Notes: a model not told the origin generated them from the letters alone. 32,000 bases of DNA from Candidatus Paracaedimonas acanthamoebae (GCA_000743035.1 CP008936.1:1500001-1532000), one strand, 5' to 3'. Numbered from the stretch's first letter, positions 1-9,935 are shown. Translations and numbers: made by a program.

Positions 1-1139
1 TTCATTTAGGCGGCTTAAGCTTCATTAAGGTTCAAGAATACTTAAATGCGTTAAGAGCCATTGGAGCCAGCATGCCAAGTTATGCCTTTATGCTGATGGT
101 ACAGACCATCTCCTCTCAGATTTACAATATTATCAATGAACTGAATGCTAAAGCTCAGGAGATTAACCAGACAAATATCAATACCTGTGAAGTCACAGCC
201 ACCACCTTAGGAGCACTCTGGCCAAGGGGAGATGCCTCAAGCAAGCATTTGTGTTCCTCTATGGGCAGTAACCTTGGGGTGTTTTCTGACTGGGCTGCAT
301 CACGTCAAGGGTGTGGTGCTGGGGGTCGAAGAGATTCACTTCTTTCTAATCTTCCTGCAACAGGGAATAAAGAAGACTTAGCTGCCTATAAAAACATGGT
401 TGTGGGGGAGTATAACCTCGCCTGGAAAGCCATCCAGAAAAATCCTTTTCTTATAAAGGATCAAGAGATGGCTGAGTTCTTTATGACACTCTCTGGAAGC
501 TTAATTGCTCGAAAAACAGGAAGTGGTGACAAATCTCCTCTTACAGTGTCTGTCCTTCCCTCTTTGGCTGATCATGGAGACTTGATTAATGCTCTCCTTC
601 AAGGGGGACAAGCTAAAATATGGAAATGTGATGATAAGGAGAAATGCTTAAATCCTCACTCAGCCCAAGTAAGTGTCTCAAAGCCTTTAGAAGCAAGGGT
701 TCATGCACTCCTGGATTCCATGGTGAATAAGGTTTATATGGATGAACCACTGACAAAAGAAGAGCTTGCCTTTCTTAATTCAACGAGTCTTCCCATTTAT
801 AAAATCCTCAATGTGACAACCGCTTATCAAAGAGGGAAATCTCCGATTGATATTCGGGATTACTCTCGCCTTATAGCTTATGATTTATTGTCTCAATATC
901 TCCTTGAAGTGCTCGACATTGTGACCATCAATTTAGATGACTTGAGAACTGTTCAAGTCGATGACTCCCATATTAAAAGGCTTTTGGATGGCATTCATAA
1001 GGTCAGAGAACGCGTTGTTCAACGAAGGACAAGCGTTGTACATCAGCTTCAATCCATCCTTTCTCTCATTGAAAAAACCTCTGCTCTTGAAGCTCAGCTT
1101 TTCTCAACTGCCTCAATGGCCGCCCAAGGAAAGAGGTAG
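1..1139 (+). CDS. traH: F-type conjugative transfer protein TraH (5' end lies outside the window)
   Basis: The frame of ORF 72..1139 stays open back to nt 3, so the gene enters from the left edge. The translation contains VFSDWAASRQGCGAGGRRDS, which closely matches the F-plasmid TraH block IFADWAASRQGCTVGG as I remember it. Overall collinearity continues with MTLSGSLI and KCDDKEKCL. The TAG stop is 6 nt before the traG ATG. Confidence 0.8.
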   Translation, partial: HLGGLSFIKVQEYLNALRAIGASMPSYAFMLMVQTISSQIYNIINELNAKAQEINQTNINTCEVTATTLGALWPRGDASSKHLCSSMGSNLGVFSDWAASRQGCGAGGRRDSLLSNLPATGNKEDLAAYKNMVVGEYNLAWKAIQKNPFLIKDQEMAEFFMTLSGSLIARKTGSGDKSPLTVSVLPSLADHGDLINALLQGGQAKIWKCDDKEKCLNPHSAQVSVSKPLEARVHALLDSMVNKVYMDEPLTKEELAFLNSTSLPIYKILNVTTAYQRGKSPIDIRDYSRLIAYDLLSQYLLEVLDIVTINLDDLRTVQVDDSHIKRLLDGIHKVRERVVQRRTSVVHQLQSILSLIEKTSALEAQLFSTASMAAQGKR

Positions 1140-1145
1140 CGAGCC

Positions 1146-3932
1146 ATGGAAACAACAATTTACACACTGGGTGGCGGTGAGATCTTCTCTCTGATCTTTA
1201 ATGGTATTGCTTCCCTTATTAGTGGGGCTGAGGGACACAAAGGAATCTTGTTCAACCCCTTTGTGAGGATTGGCGCCATGACAGGTCTTTTGGTGGCGAT
1301 CGTGCAAACCCTTTGGCGCGATCAAATGGAGATCATCAGGTCTTTCTTCATGCCCTTTATTGTGATGCTCTTTGTGGTCTTAACACCGACCACCACCGTT
1401 CATATCATTGATAATTTTGTCGGCAGAAAAGATTATGTCGTGGCGCATGTTCCGTTTGGCCTTGGCTTTGTGGCAGGTCTCTTCAGCCAAATAGGACAGG
1501 AAATTACAGAAAAAATGGAGCAAGTTTTCTCTCTTCCTGATGACTTAAAGTATCATAAGACAGGGGCAGTCTTTGCAAGTAATCTCCTAAAAAATTCTCG
1601 AATCTTTCATATTGTGGATGAAAATGTTGCTGAGAATATGCGTGGGTTTGTAACGCAATGTGTCGTCTATGATGCAATGCTGGGGCGTAAATATACCTTT
1701 CAACATTTGAAGAATACAGAGGATATTTGGACTTTGGTCACCAGTGATCCTTCACCAGTAAGGGCTTTCCTCTGGCAAGAAGCGGGGAAGAAGAGTGAAA
1801 TTGTCACCTGCAAGATTGGTGCTGAAAAGCTTAACAAACTCTTTGAAAGGGAAATCGATAAGACAGCAACTTTTTTTGGCAAGAAGCTCTTTAAAACAAA
1901 TGGTAACACGCCGATCAATTTTAAAGCTGAGATTTATAAGTATCTGCCTGTTTCTTTTAGCTACCTGATTGACTCAGCTAAAAATGCCCAAGAGATTATC
2001 AAACAACAAATTATGATCCACTCTGTTTTGGATAGTATTGAGAATAAGTCTGTGGCCTTAGGCAATGCCCCAAATGTAGCACTCCGTAAAGCGTATCTCC
2101 AGCAAAGAAATACGAATGCATCCTTAGGAGAGCTTGCAGCAGATACTTTGCCTGTCATGAAGATCTTGCTTGAGGCCATCATTTATGTTGCTTTTCTTGT
2201 AGCCTTTCCCTTGGTCTTGATGCCTTGGGGATGGAAGGTCTTTAAAGCCTGGCTTGAACTTGTGGTCTGGATACAATGTTGGGCGCCGCTTTATGCGGTG
2301 TTGAACATGATCATGACGATTTATGGCAGATCACAAAGCCTCTCCTTATCAGCCCTCGAAAAAGGACATGGTATGACTATTGCCAATTCTGTTGGGTTGA
2401 TGGATTTTCATGCCGATCTTTCTGCCATGGCAGGCTGGGCTGCCATTAGCATTCCTTTCTTAGCAGGCGCCTTAGTTAAAGGGGGTGTTTCTGCCTTTAA
2501 CACCCTTGCCACTCACTTAGGCGGTGTCTCTCAAAGTGTGGCCTCAAAAGCAGGCGATGAATTGACGTCAGGAAATTATTCTTTAGGGAACGTCTCCTTA
2601 GGAACAGTGCAAGCCCATAATACAAATATGAACCAACATATACTCTCAGGAAGTTGGCATTCAGGTGCGTTCACGCAAAATGACGGGCGTATCCAAGAGA
2701 TTACCACAGCAGAAGGTGCTCAGATCATGGACGAAAAGATCTCTTCTCTTGCCAGCAACATGAATGTCTCAGAAAGCATGCTATCGATGTTCCAACGGCA
2801 AGCAGCCCGTTCAGAGACGGCTGCACATAATTCCATGGTGGCGGCAAGCCAACAAGAAGCGAAAGCCTATCGAGACATGATTGATCTTGCCCGCCATCAA
2901 GCAACAAACAAGAACCTAGCAACGGGGTATTCTAATACCATGCAAGGAAGCTTAGGTAAAAGCCTTTCTCATATCCATGATCAAACACAGAACTTTGTGA
3001 AGCAAACTGGCATTAGTTACGACAAAGCAACACAATTGCTTGCAGAAGCAACAGTAGGTTTCTCTGGCTCTGTTGGCACTAAAGCTGCAAGCGTTAATTA
3101 TGGTGTTACTGGTAAAGTAGATGCTCTAAGGAGAACTAATAAAAATGATGCTTATCAAAAAGCAGAAAATTTTGTACGCCAAAACAACCTTAGAGAAGAC
3201 TTTAATACCGTCCGTCAAGCAGCCCGAGATCTCAGAGGAAGCATTAATGATGATGTTGGACAACGTTATGCGGAAGGTATCTCCTCTTCTTTAGATAAAG
3301 CAGACCAATATAGAATTGAAGCAAGTGCTTCCTTGGCTCGTTCTAAATCCTTTATGGAATCAGTCTCAACAGCATCCCAACAAGGATGGACAATCACCGA
3401 CGCTGTCAATCAAGAGTACATGGAATGGCTTCCTCAGCAAAGCTATATGGGAACCCATGGAGCTATGGGAACACATCAAGCTAAGCATATTGCCCTCAAT
3501 GATCCTATCATGAACCGCGCTTATCAACGAAAGTTTCTAGAAGAGAGACAAGAAGCGCTTGATAACTATTTTGATCATGTTGAAATTAATTCAGTTGAGG
3601 ATGTGAGGAAAGCTTACCAACAGTATTCAGCTTCAACCCCAAAGCCAGATCATCTTGACAATCATTGTCCAGAAGTTCACACCCATGCAAAACATTCTGG
3701 CTTTAAGGATTATAGACAAAAAGAAAATGAGATCAAAGGAGAGATTTCCCACCTAAGTTCAGAGGTCAGTAAGATTGCTGACAACCAACAGGTCATTCAA
3801 CAAGGAGAGGACAATATTTTAAGCTTTGGCAACGATCTGTCACGCAAAGTTCAAAAAGAGCAAGGCCAGAAGATCAAAAACCTGGAAGAAGCCAGGAAAT
3901 CACTTAATGGAGATTTTTTGAATGAGAATTAA
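1146..3932 (+). CDS. traG: F-type conjugative transfer protein TraG (mating-pair stabilisation / entry-exclusion partner), 928 aa
   Basis: The size matches F TraG (about 940 aa). The N-terminus (METTIYTLGGGE...HIIDNF...HVPFGLGF...YHKTGAVFASNLL) is collinear with the F TraG N-terminal domain (VYVIAGGE...QIIDNS...NVPVGLA...YSKTGMLFGANL). There are multiple TM segments at aa 1-110 and 330-460, followed by a long polar C-terminal half. It is tightly coupled to traH. Confidence 0.85.
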   Translation: METTIYTLGGGEIFSLIFNGIASLISGAEGHKGILFNPFVRIGAMTGLLVAIVQTLWRDQMEIIRSFFMPFIVMLFVVLTPTTTVHIIDNFVGRKDYVVAHVPFGLGFVAGLFSQIGQEITEKMEQVFSLPDDLKYHKTGAVFASNLLKNSRIFHIVDENVAENMRGFVTQCVVYDAMLGRKYTFQHLKNTEDIWTLVTSDPSPVRAFLWQEAGKKSEIVTCKIGAEKLNKLFEREIDKTATFFGKKLFKTNGNTPINFKAEIYKYLPVSFSYLIDSAKNAQEIIKQQIMIHSVLDSIENKSVALGNAPNVALRKAYLQQRNTNASLGELAADTLPVMKILLEAIIYVAFLVAFPLVLMPWGWKVFKAWLELVVWIQCWAPLYAVLNMIMTIYGRSQSLSLSALEKGHGMTIANSVGLMDFHADLSAMAGWAAISIPFLAGALVKGGVSAFNTLATHLGGVSQSVASKAGDELTSGNYSLGNVSLGTVQAHNTNMNQHILSGSWHSGAFTQNDGRIQEITTAEGAQIMDEKISSLASNMNVSESMLSMFQRQAARSETAAHNSMVAASQQEAKAYRDMIDLARHQATNKNLATGYSNTMQGSLGKSLSHIHDQTQNFVKQTGISYDKATQLLAEATVGFSGSVGTKAASVNYGVTGKVDALRRTNKNDAYQKAENFVRQNNLREDFNTVRQAARDLRGSINDDVGQRYAEGISSSLDKADQYRIEASASLARSKSFMESVSTASQQGWTITDAVNQEYMEWLPQQSYMGTHGAMGTHQAKHIALNDPIMNRAYQRKFLEERQEALDNYFDHVEINSVEDVRKAYQQYSASTPKPDHLDNHCPEVHTHAKHSGFKDYRQKENEIKGEISHLSSEVSKIADNQQVIQQGEDNILSFGNDLSRKVQKEQGQKIKNLEEARKSLNGDFLNEN

Positions 3933-4488
3933 GCGAGTTCAAGGAATCCATCATATTATGAATTCTTCTAGACTCTGCTGCATGCCATGCAGAAGACATT
4001 GGGTTATGTTCATCATACATGCTTTTAAGAGGATCATAATCAAGTGCTACCTTTTGGTGTTTAAGCTTGATACGAGGTACAGGAATTTTAAGGTGAGTAA
4101 TGCGATAAAGAGGATAAAAAGACCATACCAAGGCACAAGTTATCGTAAAGAAAGTACTAAAGTGAGCACCCAATATGAAAGAAACACCCCCTGCGAGGCT
4201 TGCAAGGCCAGCTGCAAAGAGCCTATAGTCTCGCTTAGACTGAACATACTTCCCAAGCTGCTCAAGTGTAACCTTATGCTGCGTCAAAAGCTCCTTTTTC
4301 TTTATAGGTGTAGGTTTAACAAAGCGCGAGAACTGATCAAGACAAATAGCTACAATAATATAGATAGTCAGAAGATCGTAGATATTGCCTCTCCAAGCAA
4401 CACAACCAAAGAACGAAACAATAAAAGCAAACAAACAGATAAAGAAGCGTTGCTCAAGAACATTCATCTTAATTTGGGTTTTCATCAT
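3904..4488 (-). CDS. Hypothetical multi-pass membrane protein (194 aa), convergent with traG and overlapping its 3' end by 29 nt
   Basis: A strong SD (GAGGGAG) lies 6 nt upstream of ATGATG. There are about 4 hydrophobic helices (FFICLFAFIVSFFGCVAW, LLTIYIIVAICL, LFAAGLASLAGGVSFILGA, FFTITCALVWSF). The overlapping + strand ORF 3922..4539 is R/K/C-rich junk. No family was recognised. Confidence 0.55.
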   Translation of the reverse strand: MMKTQIKMNVLEQRFFICLFAFIVSFFGCVAWRGNIYDLLTIYIIVAICLDQFSRFVKPTPIKKKELLTQHKVTLEQLGKYVQSKRDYRLFAAGLASLAGGVSFILGAHFSTFFTITCALVWSFYPLYRITHLKIPVPRIKLKHQKVALDYDPLKSMYDEHNPMSSAWHAAESRRIHNMMDSLNSLNSHSKNLH

Positions 4489-4713
4489 CTAACTCCCTCT
4501 CAACTCATACTAACAAACCAGAAAGGAAAATGGAAGTAAATGGGCTTAGTGCACAATATAACTCGCGGTGGGCAAACAAATATCCACTTTATCTCCATGC
4601 TGCGGCAAGTGCTGAAAGTAAGCCTTTTATGCTCATTGTTAGTTGGTTGATCTTGCTACAATAAAGCGGACACAAGGAACCGAGATGGGTTAATGTTATT
4701 GAAAGGAGAGAAC

Positions 4714-4995
4714 ATGACCCAGAAATACGATAAAGAATTTAAAATTAATGCGGTTAAAGTTTATTTGAGTAATGACAAGAGCATTGAGAAGATCGCTTTA
4801 GATTTAGGGATTTCGCGTGCCAGTTTAGGGCACTGGATTAAACAATACCGGCGTGAGGGAGAGAGAAGTTTTCCTGGCAGTGGCCATGTTGTTGAGGAAG
4901 AATTAAGAGCGCTTAAGCGGGAGCTTTATCTTGTTCGCCAGGAGCGAGATATCTTAAAAAACCACCTAAATGGCACCCCTTTCCCTAATAAATAG
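4714..4995 (+). pseudogene. IS3-family transposase OrfA (HTH), with its 3' end replaced by an inserted IS110 element
   Basis: The sequence MTQKYDKEFKINAVKVYL...IALDLGISRASLGHWIKQYR...LKRELYLVRQERDILK is a typical IS3 OrfA (HTH plus leucine zipper ending in ERDILKK). The RBS AAAGGAGAG precedes the ATG at 4714. Similarity stops at about 4957, where the sequence becomes unrelated (NHLNGTPFPNK*). No orfB follows. Confidence 0.75.
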
Positions 4996-6600
4996 AAACT
5001 CGCGCTCGTTAACTGCTAAAGTTGAGCTATCAAAGAGAGCGGCCGTCTGCTTATTGGTGGATTACCCCGTTAAAAAACATGGTCCAGGGAGTACAACGAA
5101 CCCGGCATTGGAGGTACAAACCCCGTTTAGGAAAGTGATTTATTCGTTACCCTGCTCTTTGATTCTATAGATAAACAAGGAGAAGAGGTAAGTGATGACT
5201 CAATCTAACAGACAATCCAGTATGCCAATTATTCATCAAAATGCTGCTGGGATTGATATTGGTGCTAAGTTTCACGTTGTTGCTGTAGGGAGTGATAAAG
5301 CAAAAGAACCAGTTCGTACGTTTCAAAGTTTTACCACAGATTTACATGCTATGGCAAAATGGCTTAAAAGCTGTGAGGTCACCAGCATTGCTATGGAATC
5401 CACAGGTATTTATTGGATTCCTGCTTTTGAGATCTTAGAGAATTATGGTTTTGAGGTATTTTTAGTTAATCCACGAGAAGCTAAAAATGTTCCTGGACGT
5501 AAAACAGACGTCAATGATGCGCAATGGATTCAACGGTTACATCAATTTGGTTTGTTACGTGCTAGCTTCAGACCAGAAAAACAAATTACTGTGCTACGTG
5601 CTTATATTAGACAACGTGAACGTATGCTTGAATTCAGAGCCTCTCATATCCAGCATATGCAAAAAGCTTTAATGCAAATGAACTTACAGTTGCATCATGT
5701 CGTATCGGATATAACGGGAGCCACAGGCATGAAGATCATTCGTGCGATTATGAATGGTGAACGTTGCCCTGCTGTATTAGCAGAACATAGAGACATACGT
5801 TGTAAGGAATCCATTAAAACTATTGAGGAATCCTTAAAGGGTAATTATCAAGAAGAGCATTTGTTTTCTTTAACTCAAGCTGTTGAATTATTCGATTATT
5901 ACACACAAAAAATTAATGAGTGTGATCGTCGAATAGAAGAGACATTAAGCTTGCTTGGAAAAGATAATAAGTTGCCTGATCAACCTCTACCCAAAGCCAG
6001 GCATCGCACTAAACAACCTAATAGCTTAAGCTTTGATGTAAGAGCATCCCTTTACCAAGCATTAGGAATGGACTTAACACAAATACACGGTGTTGGACCT
6101 TCATTAGCCTTAAAATTAATATCAGAATGTGGCACTGATATGTCTCGCTGGCCGAGCAGCAAGCACTTTACTTCTTGGCTATGTCTTTCTCCAGGGAATA
6201 AGGTATCAGGAGGGAAAGTATTATCATCACGAACACGGCGTTCCTCAAGTCGTGCGGCAGCAGCATTAAGATTGGCTGCTGTAACAATTGGAAAGACAAA
6301 TACGGCTCTTGGTGCGTTTTATAGACGACTCTCGGCTCGCATTGGTAAATCAAAGGCAATTACTGCAACAGCTAGAAAAATGGCAGTATTATTTTTTAAT
6401 GCTCTGCGTTATGGAATGCAATATGTTGATCCAGGTGCCAATTACTATGAGGCACGATATCAAAAGCGGGTTCTTGATAACTTATCAAAGCGAGCTGCTG
6501 CTTTAGGTTATATATTGCAAGAGAATAAAATGCAGGACTTGGTACAGGGAGTTTCTTAGGAAGTTCAGGATGTTGCTCAAGCAAAAAAGCTAAACTAAGA
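4957..6600 (+). mobile_element. IS110-family insertion sequence nested in the IS3 orfA (boundaries approximate)
   Basis: The left boundary is inferred from the loss of the IS3 OrfA reading at about 4957. The right boundary is only guessed from the end of the transposase plus a short tail. IS110 elements lack classical terminal inverted repeats, and none was seen. Confidence 0.6.
5192..6559 (+). CDS. IS110-family (DEDD) transposase, apparently intact, 455 aa
   Basis: The N-terminal AGIDIGAKFHVVAV ... MESTGIYWIP ... VNPREAKNVPGRKTDVNDAQWI is the DEDD_Tnp_IS110 signature. The C-terminal IHGVGPSLALKLISECG.DMSRWPSSKHFTSWLCLSPGNKVSGGK is the Transposase_20 HhH region. The RBS AAGGAGAAGAGG lies upstream. 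Confidence 0.9.
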   Translation: MMTQSNRQSSMPIIHQNAAGIDIGAKFHVVAVGSDKAKEPVRTFQSFTTDLHAMAKWLKSCEVTSIAMESTGIYWIPAFEILENYGFEVFLVNPREAKNVPGRKTDVNDAQWIQRLHQFGLLRASFRPEKQITVLRAYIRQRERMLEFRASHIQHMQKALMQMNLQLHHVVSDITGATGMKIIRAIMNGERCPAVLAEHRDIRCKESIKTIEESLKGNYQEEHLFSLTQAVELFDYYTQKINECDRRIEETLSLLGKDNKLPDQPLPKARHRTKQPNSLSFDVRASLYQALGMDLTQIHGVGPSLALKLISECGTDMSRWPSSKHFTSWLCLSPGNKVSGGKVLSSRTRRSSSRAAAALRLAAVTIGKTNTALGAFYRRLSARIGKSKAITATARKMAVLFFNALRYGMQYVDPGANYYEARYQKRVLDNLSKRAAALGYILQENKMQDLVQGVS

Positions 6601-6662
6601 TAGGCCAGCTTATATCCCTGATTTGAAGATTTTTCATAATTGTTGAAAGCACCTAAGAAATG

Positions 6663-7046
6663 TCATTTCTTTTCTAAGCAGAGGCCTACTTTATGTTGAG
6701 CTGGTGAATACTCTTGTTCAGCAGATTGATAATAACATTTTTCAGCCTTCTCAAGTCTCCCTTGGTCTTCTAAAAGGCAGCCTAGATGATATTGAGATTC
6801 TGCATCTCCTTGGTCTGCTGCTCGGCGAAAATAAAACTCCGACGCCTCATTTTCTCCTTGATAAGCATAATGTAAACCTAACGTAGCTTGAGAGACCAAA
6901 TCTCCTTGGCTGGCAAGGATAAGCCAAATATCTACTGCTGTATTATGCTCGCCTCTGTCAACTAAAAGGAAACTCAAGTCCAAAAGAGCATTGCCATGTC
7001 CTTGACTTGCAGCATCCTAGTTGAAGGCTTCTGCTAACCTTACCAT
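6663..7046 (-). pseudogene. Sel1-like repeat (SLR/TPR) protein remnant with an in-frame TAG
   Basis: There are repeats of the Sel1 type (AASQGHGNALLDL, ASQGDLVSQATLGLHY, RAADQGDAESQYHLGCLL, SAEQEYSPAQHKVGLCL). An ATG at 7046-7044 is followed 9 codons later by an in-frame TAG (7019-7017). The ORF track only recovers 6663..6983 from a TTG. Confidence 0.6.
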
Positions 7047-7375
7047 TGATTACTGTTAGTGCTTTGTTGAGCCCAAATCTCACAGTATTTAGCAATATTA
7101 TAAGCTTTTTTATGTGGGTTTATTTCCCTTATGCACTGTTTCATCCGTTGCCCCAAGGTGTTCAAGGGCTTTTATAATGCTCTGCTTTAAATAAGAGAGG
7201 AGCGAAATCCTGATCTCTCCTTCTTCTTTTCTTTGTATTCTGCTTGAAAAAGATGGGATTCTACGTTTGTGCATTTAAATGGCATTATGGCTATTATTTT
7301 CGGATCCTAAGTCATTTGTAAAATTTAAGCTCTTCCTATTTACTAAAGAGAGCTTAAGATAAGTCCCTTGCCATT

Positions 7376-9535
7376 CTAATTGCCAGTATCCCGTCTTTTA
7401 TTATCTTTTTTATTTAGAATTAAATCATAGAGCAATTTTATACTTTCTTTGTCTAATGTTCTTAGACACTCCTCTGCATTTTTCACAAAATGGTTTATAC
7501 AAGCCCTTTTTACAGACAAGGGAGGCTTCTTCATTTTAGAAAATTGTAGAAGGATGCTTGTTATTTGGTCATTGTAGCTTGTATTGAAGAAATCATTGTT
7601 AGAATTTGTTTTATTCAAAAATTGCGAACCCAACAATGCATACTTGATGGCTGTTGGGCATTTATCTAGCACCTTAAGTGCCTGCAAAGAAAATGGTAAA
7701 GTAAACCAAGCTGAATTAATATAAGCAATCAAGCCTACCATTTTCCTGGGAAGCAAAAAGTCCGTATATGATTTAGAAGATAGTATTTTTAAACACCCTT
7801 TAAAGGCCTCTTGTTGCAAGGAAAAGTGCGTAATTGTATCAAAAGCCGTATTAAAAACCGCAAGCCCAGCACTTAAGCAATAGGCAGCAGAGGGATCCAT
7901 TCCCCACCATAGGAACCCACTTTCAAGCACAGATTCAACAATCATATATTGGGAAAGAGCAGATATCCCTGCATTAAGGACCCCTAGACTTCTCAATGCC
8001 TTATGGTGAAGTTTTTTTGTCTCAACGGCTCCCAAGCGGTCAGCTAAGTTCCGGGCTTTAGCAATGTCTTCACTTACCCCATCTCCACTGGGAATATGAT
8101 TATAGTGATCCCTCGCTTCTCTTAAAAAGAAAAGACTAAATCCAAAAGGATCTTCAAGAAAAAGGCCTTCAAGAGCTGCACGGCCATCTTGAGCCTTACT
8201 GCTGATCATCTCTTGAAGGTGTCCAAAGACTTTCTCTGTATAATCTTTATTATTCTCATCATTTATTAACTTTTGAAATTTTTTAAGATATTTCATGAGT
8301 AATTTTTTTTCTATCCGAGATTCTCCATCACTATGAACATAATGATCGAAGAGATCGTCTATCCTCGTGGCACCAATATTATAAGTGGTCTTTAGCCAAG
8401 AAAGATAAAATGGTGCACTCGTTATCCCAAGAAATACTGTGTAATTTGTTTCTAAGTTGATAAGGAGAAAGAGAGGAATTAAAGAGTCAACAGCAGCACT
8501 CGCCAAAAGGGCTGTTTTTGACATTTTTTGCAATAACGATGCATAATATTGAAGAGAATGCTTATCTTCCCTAGAAATAGAAGATCCTACAGACCTAAAG
8601 TTATGTGTCTTGAGATATCTTAAAGAGTTTTCCCGGAATATAAACTCACCTACTTCCTTCCCTAAATCCCAAAACTGCTTCATATAAGCAGGTGCTGTAG
8701 TCCCAAGTATCCATCCAATTGCTAAACTTTCAATCGGACCCTCGGTTGGAATATATAAAGCATCTCCTGTGCTATACATTACCAAGGCACACAGGGGATT
8801 GGAAACAGTAATAGCCGTGAGAGCCATAAGTACCTGAAAAGAAAATGTTTTATTACTTGCCTTTCTGAAGAAAGAATGATCAAAGCGCTGCATAAAGAGT
8901 GCAGCTCTATTAATTTCGTTATCTCCCCCAATGAGAGCCTCACCATGAATTATTAAGCCGTTTTCTAAGTCTGTAATTTCTTCATATTGGCCATACACTC
9001 TAAAGGCTGCCTGTAAGTTATCATAATCCCTACCTACAAGCTCTATAGAATGAAGACTTTGGTTATAAGTATCCTCATCATTGCATTGACTATTTTCTCT
9101 TGCAGATATTCCTAATGGAGCACATCTTAAGAGGCGACTTTCGTCACTCGAAGGCCCAAAATAGTTACCATCATCACCTAAGTTATCATCCTCGCCACTA
9201 TCGTTACCGCAAGGAAAGCCAACATTTGCAGACCTATTGTGCCGATTTTCCACTCCTGAACCTAAGTTATCATCCGTGTCACTGTTGCTGCTGTTATAGA
9301 AATCACTATCTGCAAGTATGCTGTTCCACTTTCTAGCTTCTGAGCCTCGTTCATAGAGTGGAATTTCTTCCTCAGCATTGCCTTTTCCCTTATCATGCCT
9401 GCTTAACTTTCTAACATTCTTATCACCGCTTTCATCAAGCACATTCGATCTTGAGGCGTCAGAGTAATTATAATTACCGATTAAAATGAAGAATAGTGTT
9501 ATAAGATAAACATATTTTTGTATGCTTGATAGCAT
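7376..9535 (-). CDS. Hypothetical large membrane protein (719 aa) with an N-terminal signal/anchor, an acidic low-complexity region and several hydrophobic segments
   Basis: A long uninterrupted ORF with SD GGGGGAG 5 nt upstream of the ATG. The N-terminal hydrophobic segment is VYLITLFFILIGNY. The acidic region carries repeated DDNLG (TDDNLGSG, EDDNLGDDG). Later hydrophobic stretches include ALTAITVSNPLCALVMY, SLIPLFLLINL, FLGITSAPFYLSWL and SAAYCLSAGLAVFNTAF. No family was recognised. Confidence 0.6.
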   Translation of the reverse strand: MLSSIQKYVYLITLFFILIGNYNYSDASRSNVLDESGDKNVRKLSRHDKGKGNAEEEIPLYERGSEARKWNSILADSDFYNSSNSDTDDNLGSGVENRHNRSANVGFPCGNDSGEDDNLGDDGNYFGPSSDESRLLRCAPLGISARENSQCNDEDTYNQSLHSIELVGRDYDNLQAAFRVYGQYEEITDLENGLIIHGEALIGGDNEINRAALFMQRFDHSFFRKASNKTFSFQVLMALTAITVSNPLCALVMYSTGDALYIPTEGPIESLAIGWILGTTAPAYMKQFWDLGKEVGEFIFRENSLRYLKTHNFRSVGSSISREDKHSLQYYASLLQKMSKTALLASAAVDSLIPLFLLINLETNYTVFLGITSAPFYLSWLKTTYNIGATRIDDLFDHYVHSDGESRIEKKLLMKYLKKFQKLINDENNKDYTEKVFGHLQEMISSKAQDGRAALEGLFLEDPFGFSLFFLREARDHYNHIPSGDGVSEDIAKARNLADRLGAVETKKLHHKALRSLGVLNAGISALSQYMIVESVLESGFLWWGMDPSAAYCLSAGLAVFNTAFDTITHFSLQQEAFKGCLKILSSKSYTDFLLPRKMVGLIAYINSAWFTLPFSLQALKVLDKCPTAIKYALLGSQFLNKTNSNNDFFNTSYNDQITSILLQFSKMKKPPLSVKRACINHFVKNAEECLRTLDKESIKLLYDLILNKKDNKRRDTGN

Positions 9536-9754
9536 GTGCTCCCCCTGCTTTTATCCCTCGTTCTATAAAAGACATCCATAAATCTAATTTATCTCTCGTA
9601 TCTCAACAAGAAAAAATAAAAATGCCGCCACTTAAAATCACTCATTCATTAATTCCCTAATTTCTACAGACTTGGAATGAAGGCATCACTTTTTGCAACA
9701 GCGCTATTTCTATTATATTTTCCTCCTTTCTATGTGCAACGGAGGCAGAAATAA

Positions 9755-9935
9755 CGGAAAGAGAAGATTTTGATAAAGTTTAAATCGCCTCAACCAACTC
9801 AAAGGTTATTGTCACTCATGCGGAAGATGAGAAATCTTTTTTCATTAGAAGTGGGCCGATATAAGAAGAAAGCCTCTGATTAGCGACTCTCATTTTCTGC
9901 CGCCAAGGCGTAATGCATCCCTAGAATTGGGCAAT
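9755..9935 (+). pseudogene. IS6-family transposase 3'-terminal remnant (degenerate)
   Basis: The nucleotide stretch cggaaagagaagatttt...ggttattgtcactcatg...gatataagaagaaagcctctgat is clearly homologous to 26784..26960 in this window (the IS6 Tnp C-terminus). It carries substitutions and a TAG where the other copy has CAG. Confidence 0.7.

Noticed and set aside
3922-4539. A 205-aa ORF on the + strand immediately after traG.
   Set aside because: Its translation is Arg/Lys/Cys-rich with no hydrophobic core. It is the antisense shadow of the minus-strand 194-aa membrane protein, which has a strong SD and sensible TM helices.
4970-5170. A 66-aa ORF between the IS3 orfA remnant and the IS110 transposase.
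   Set aside because: It lies in what is most likely the IS110 5' untranslated or end region. It has a low-complexity translation, no RBS and no family resemblance.
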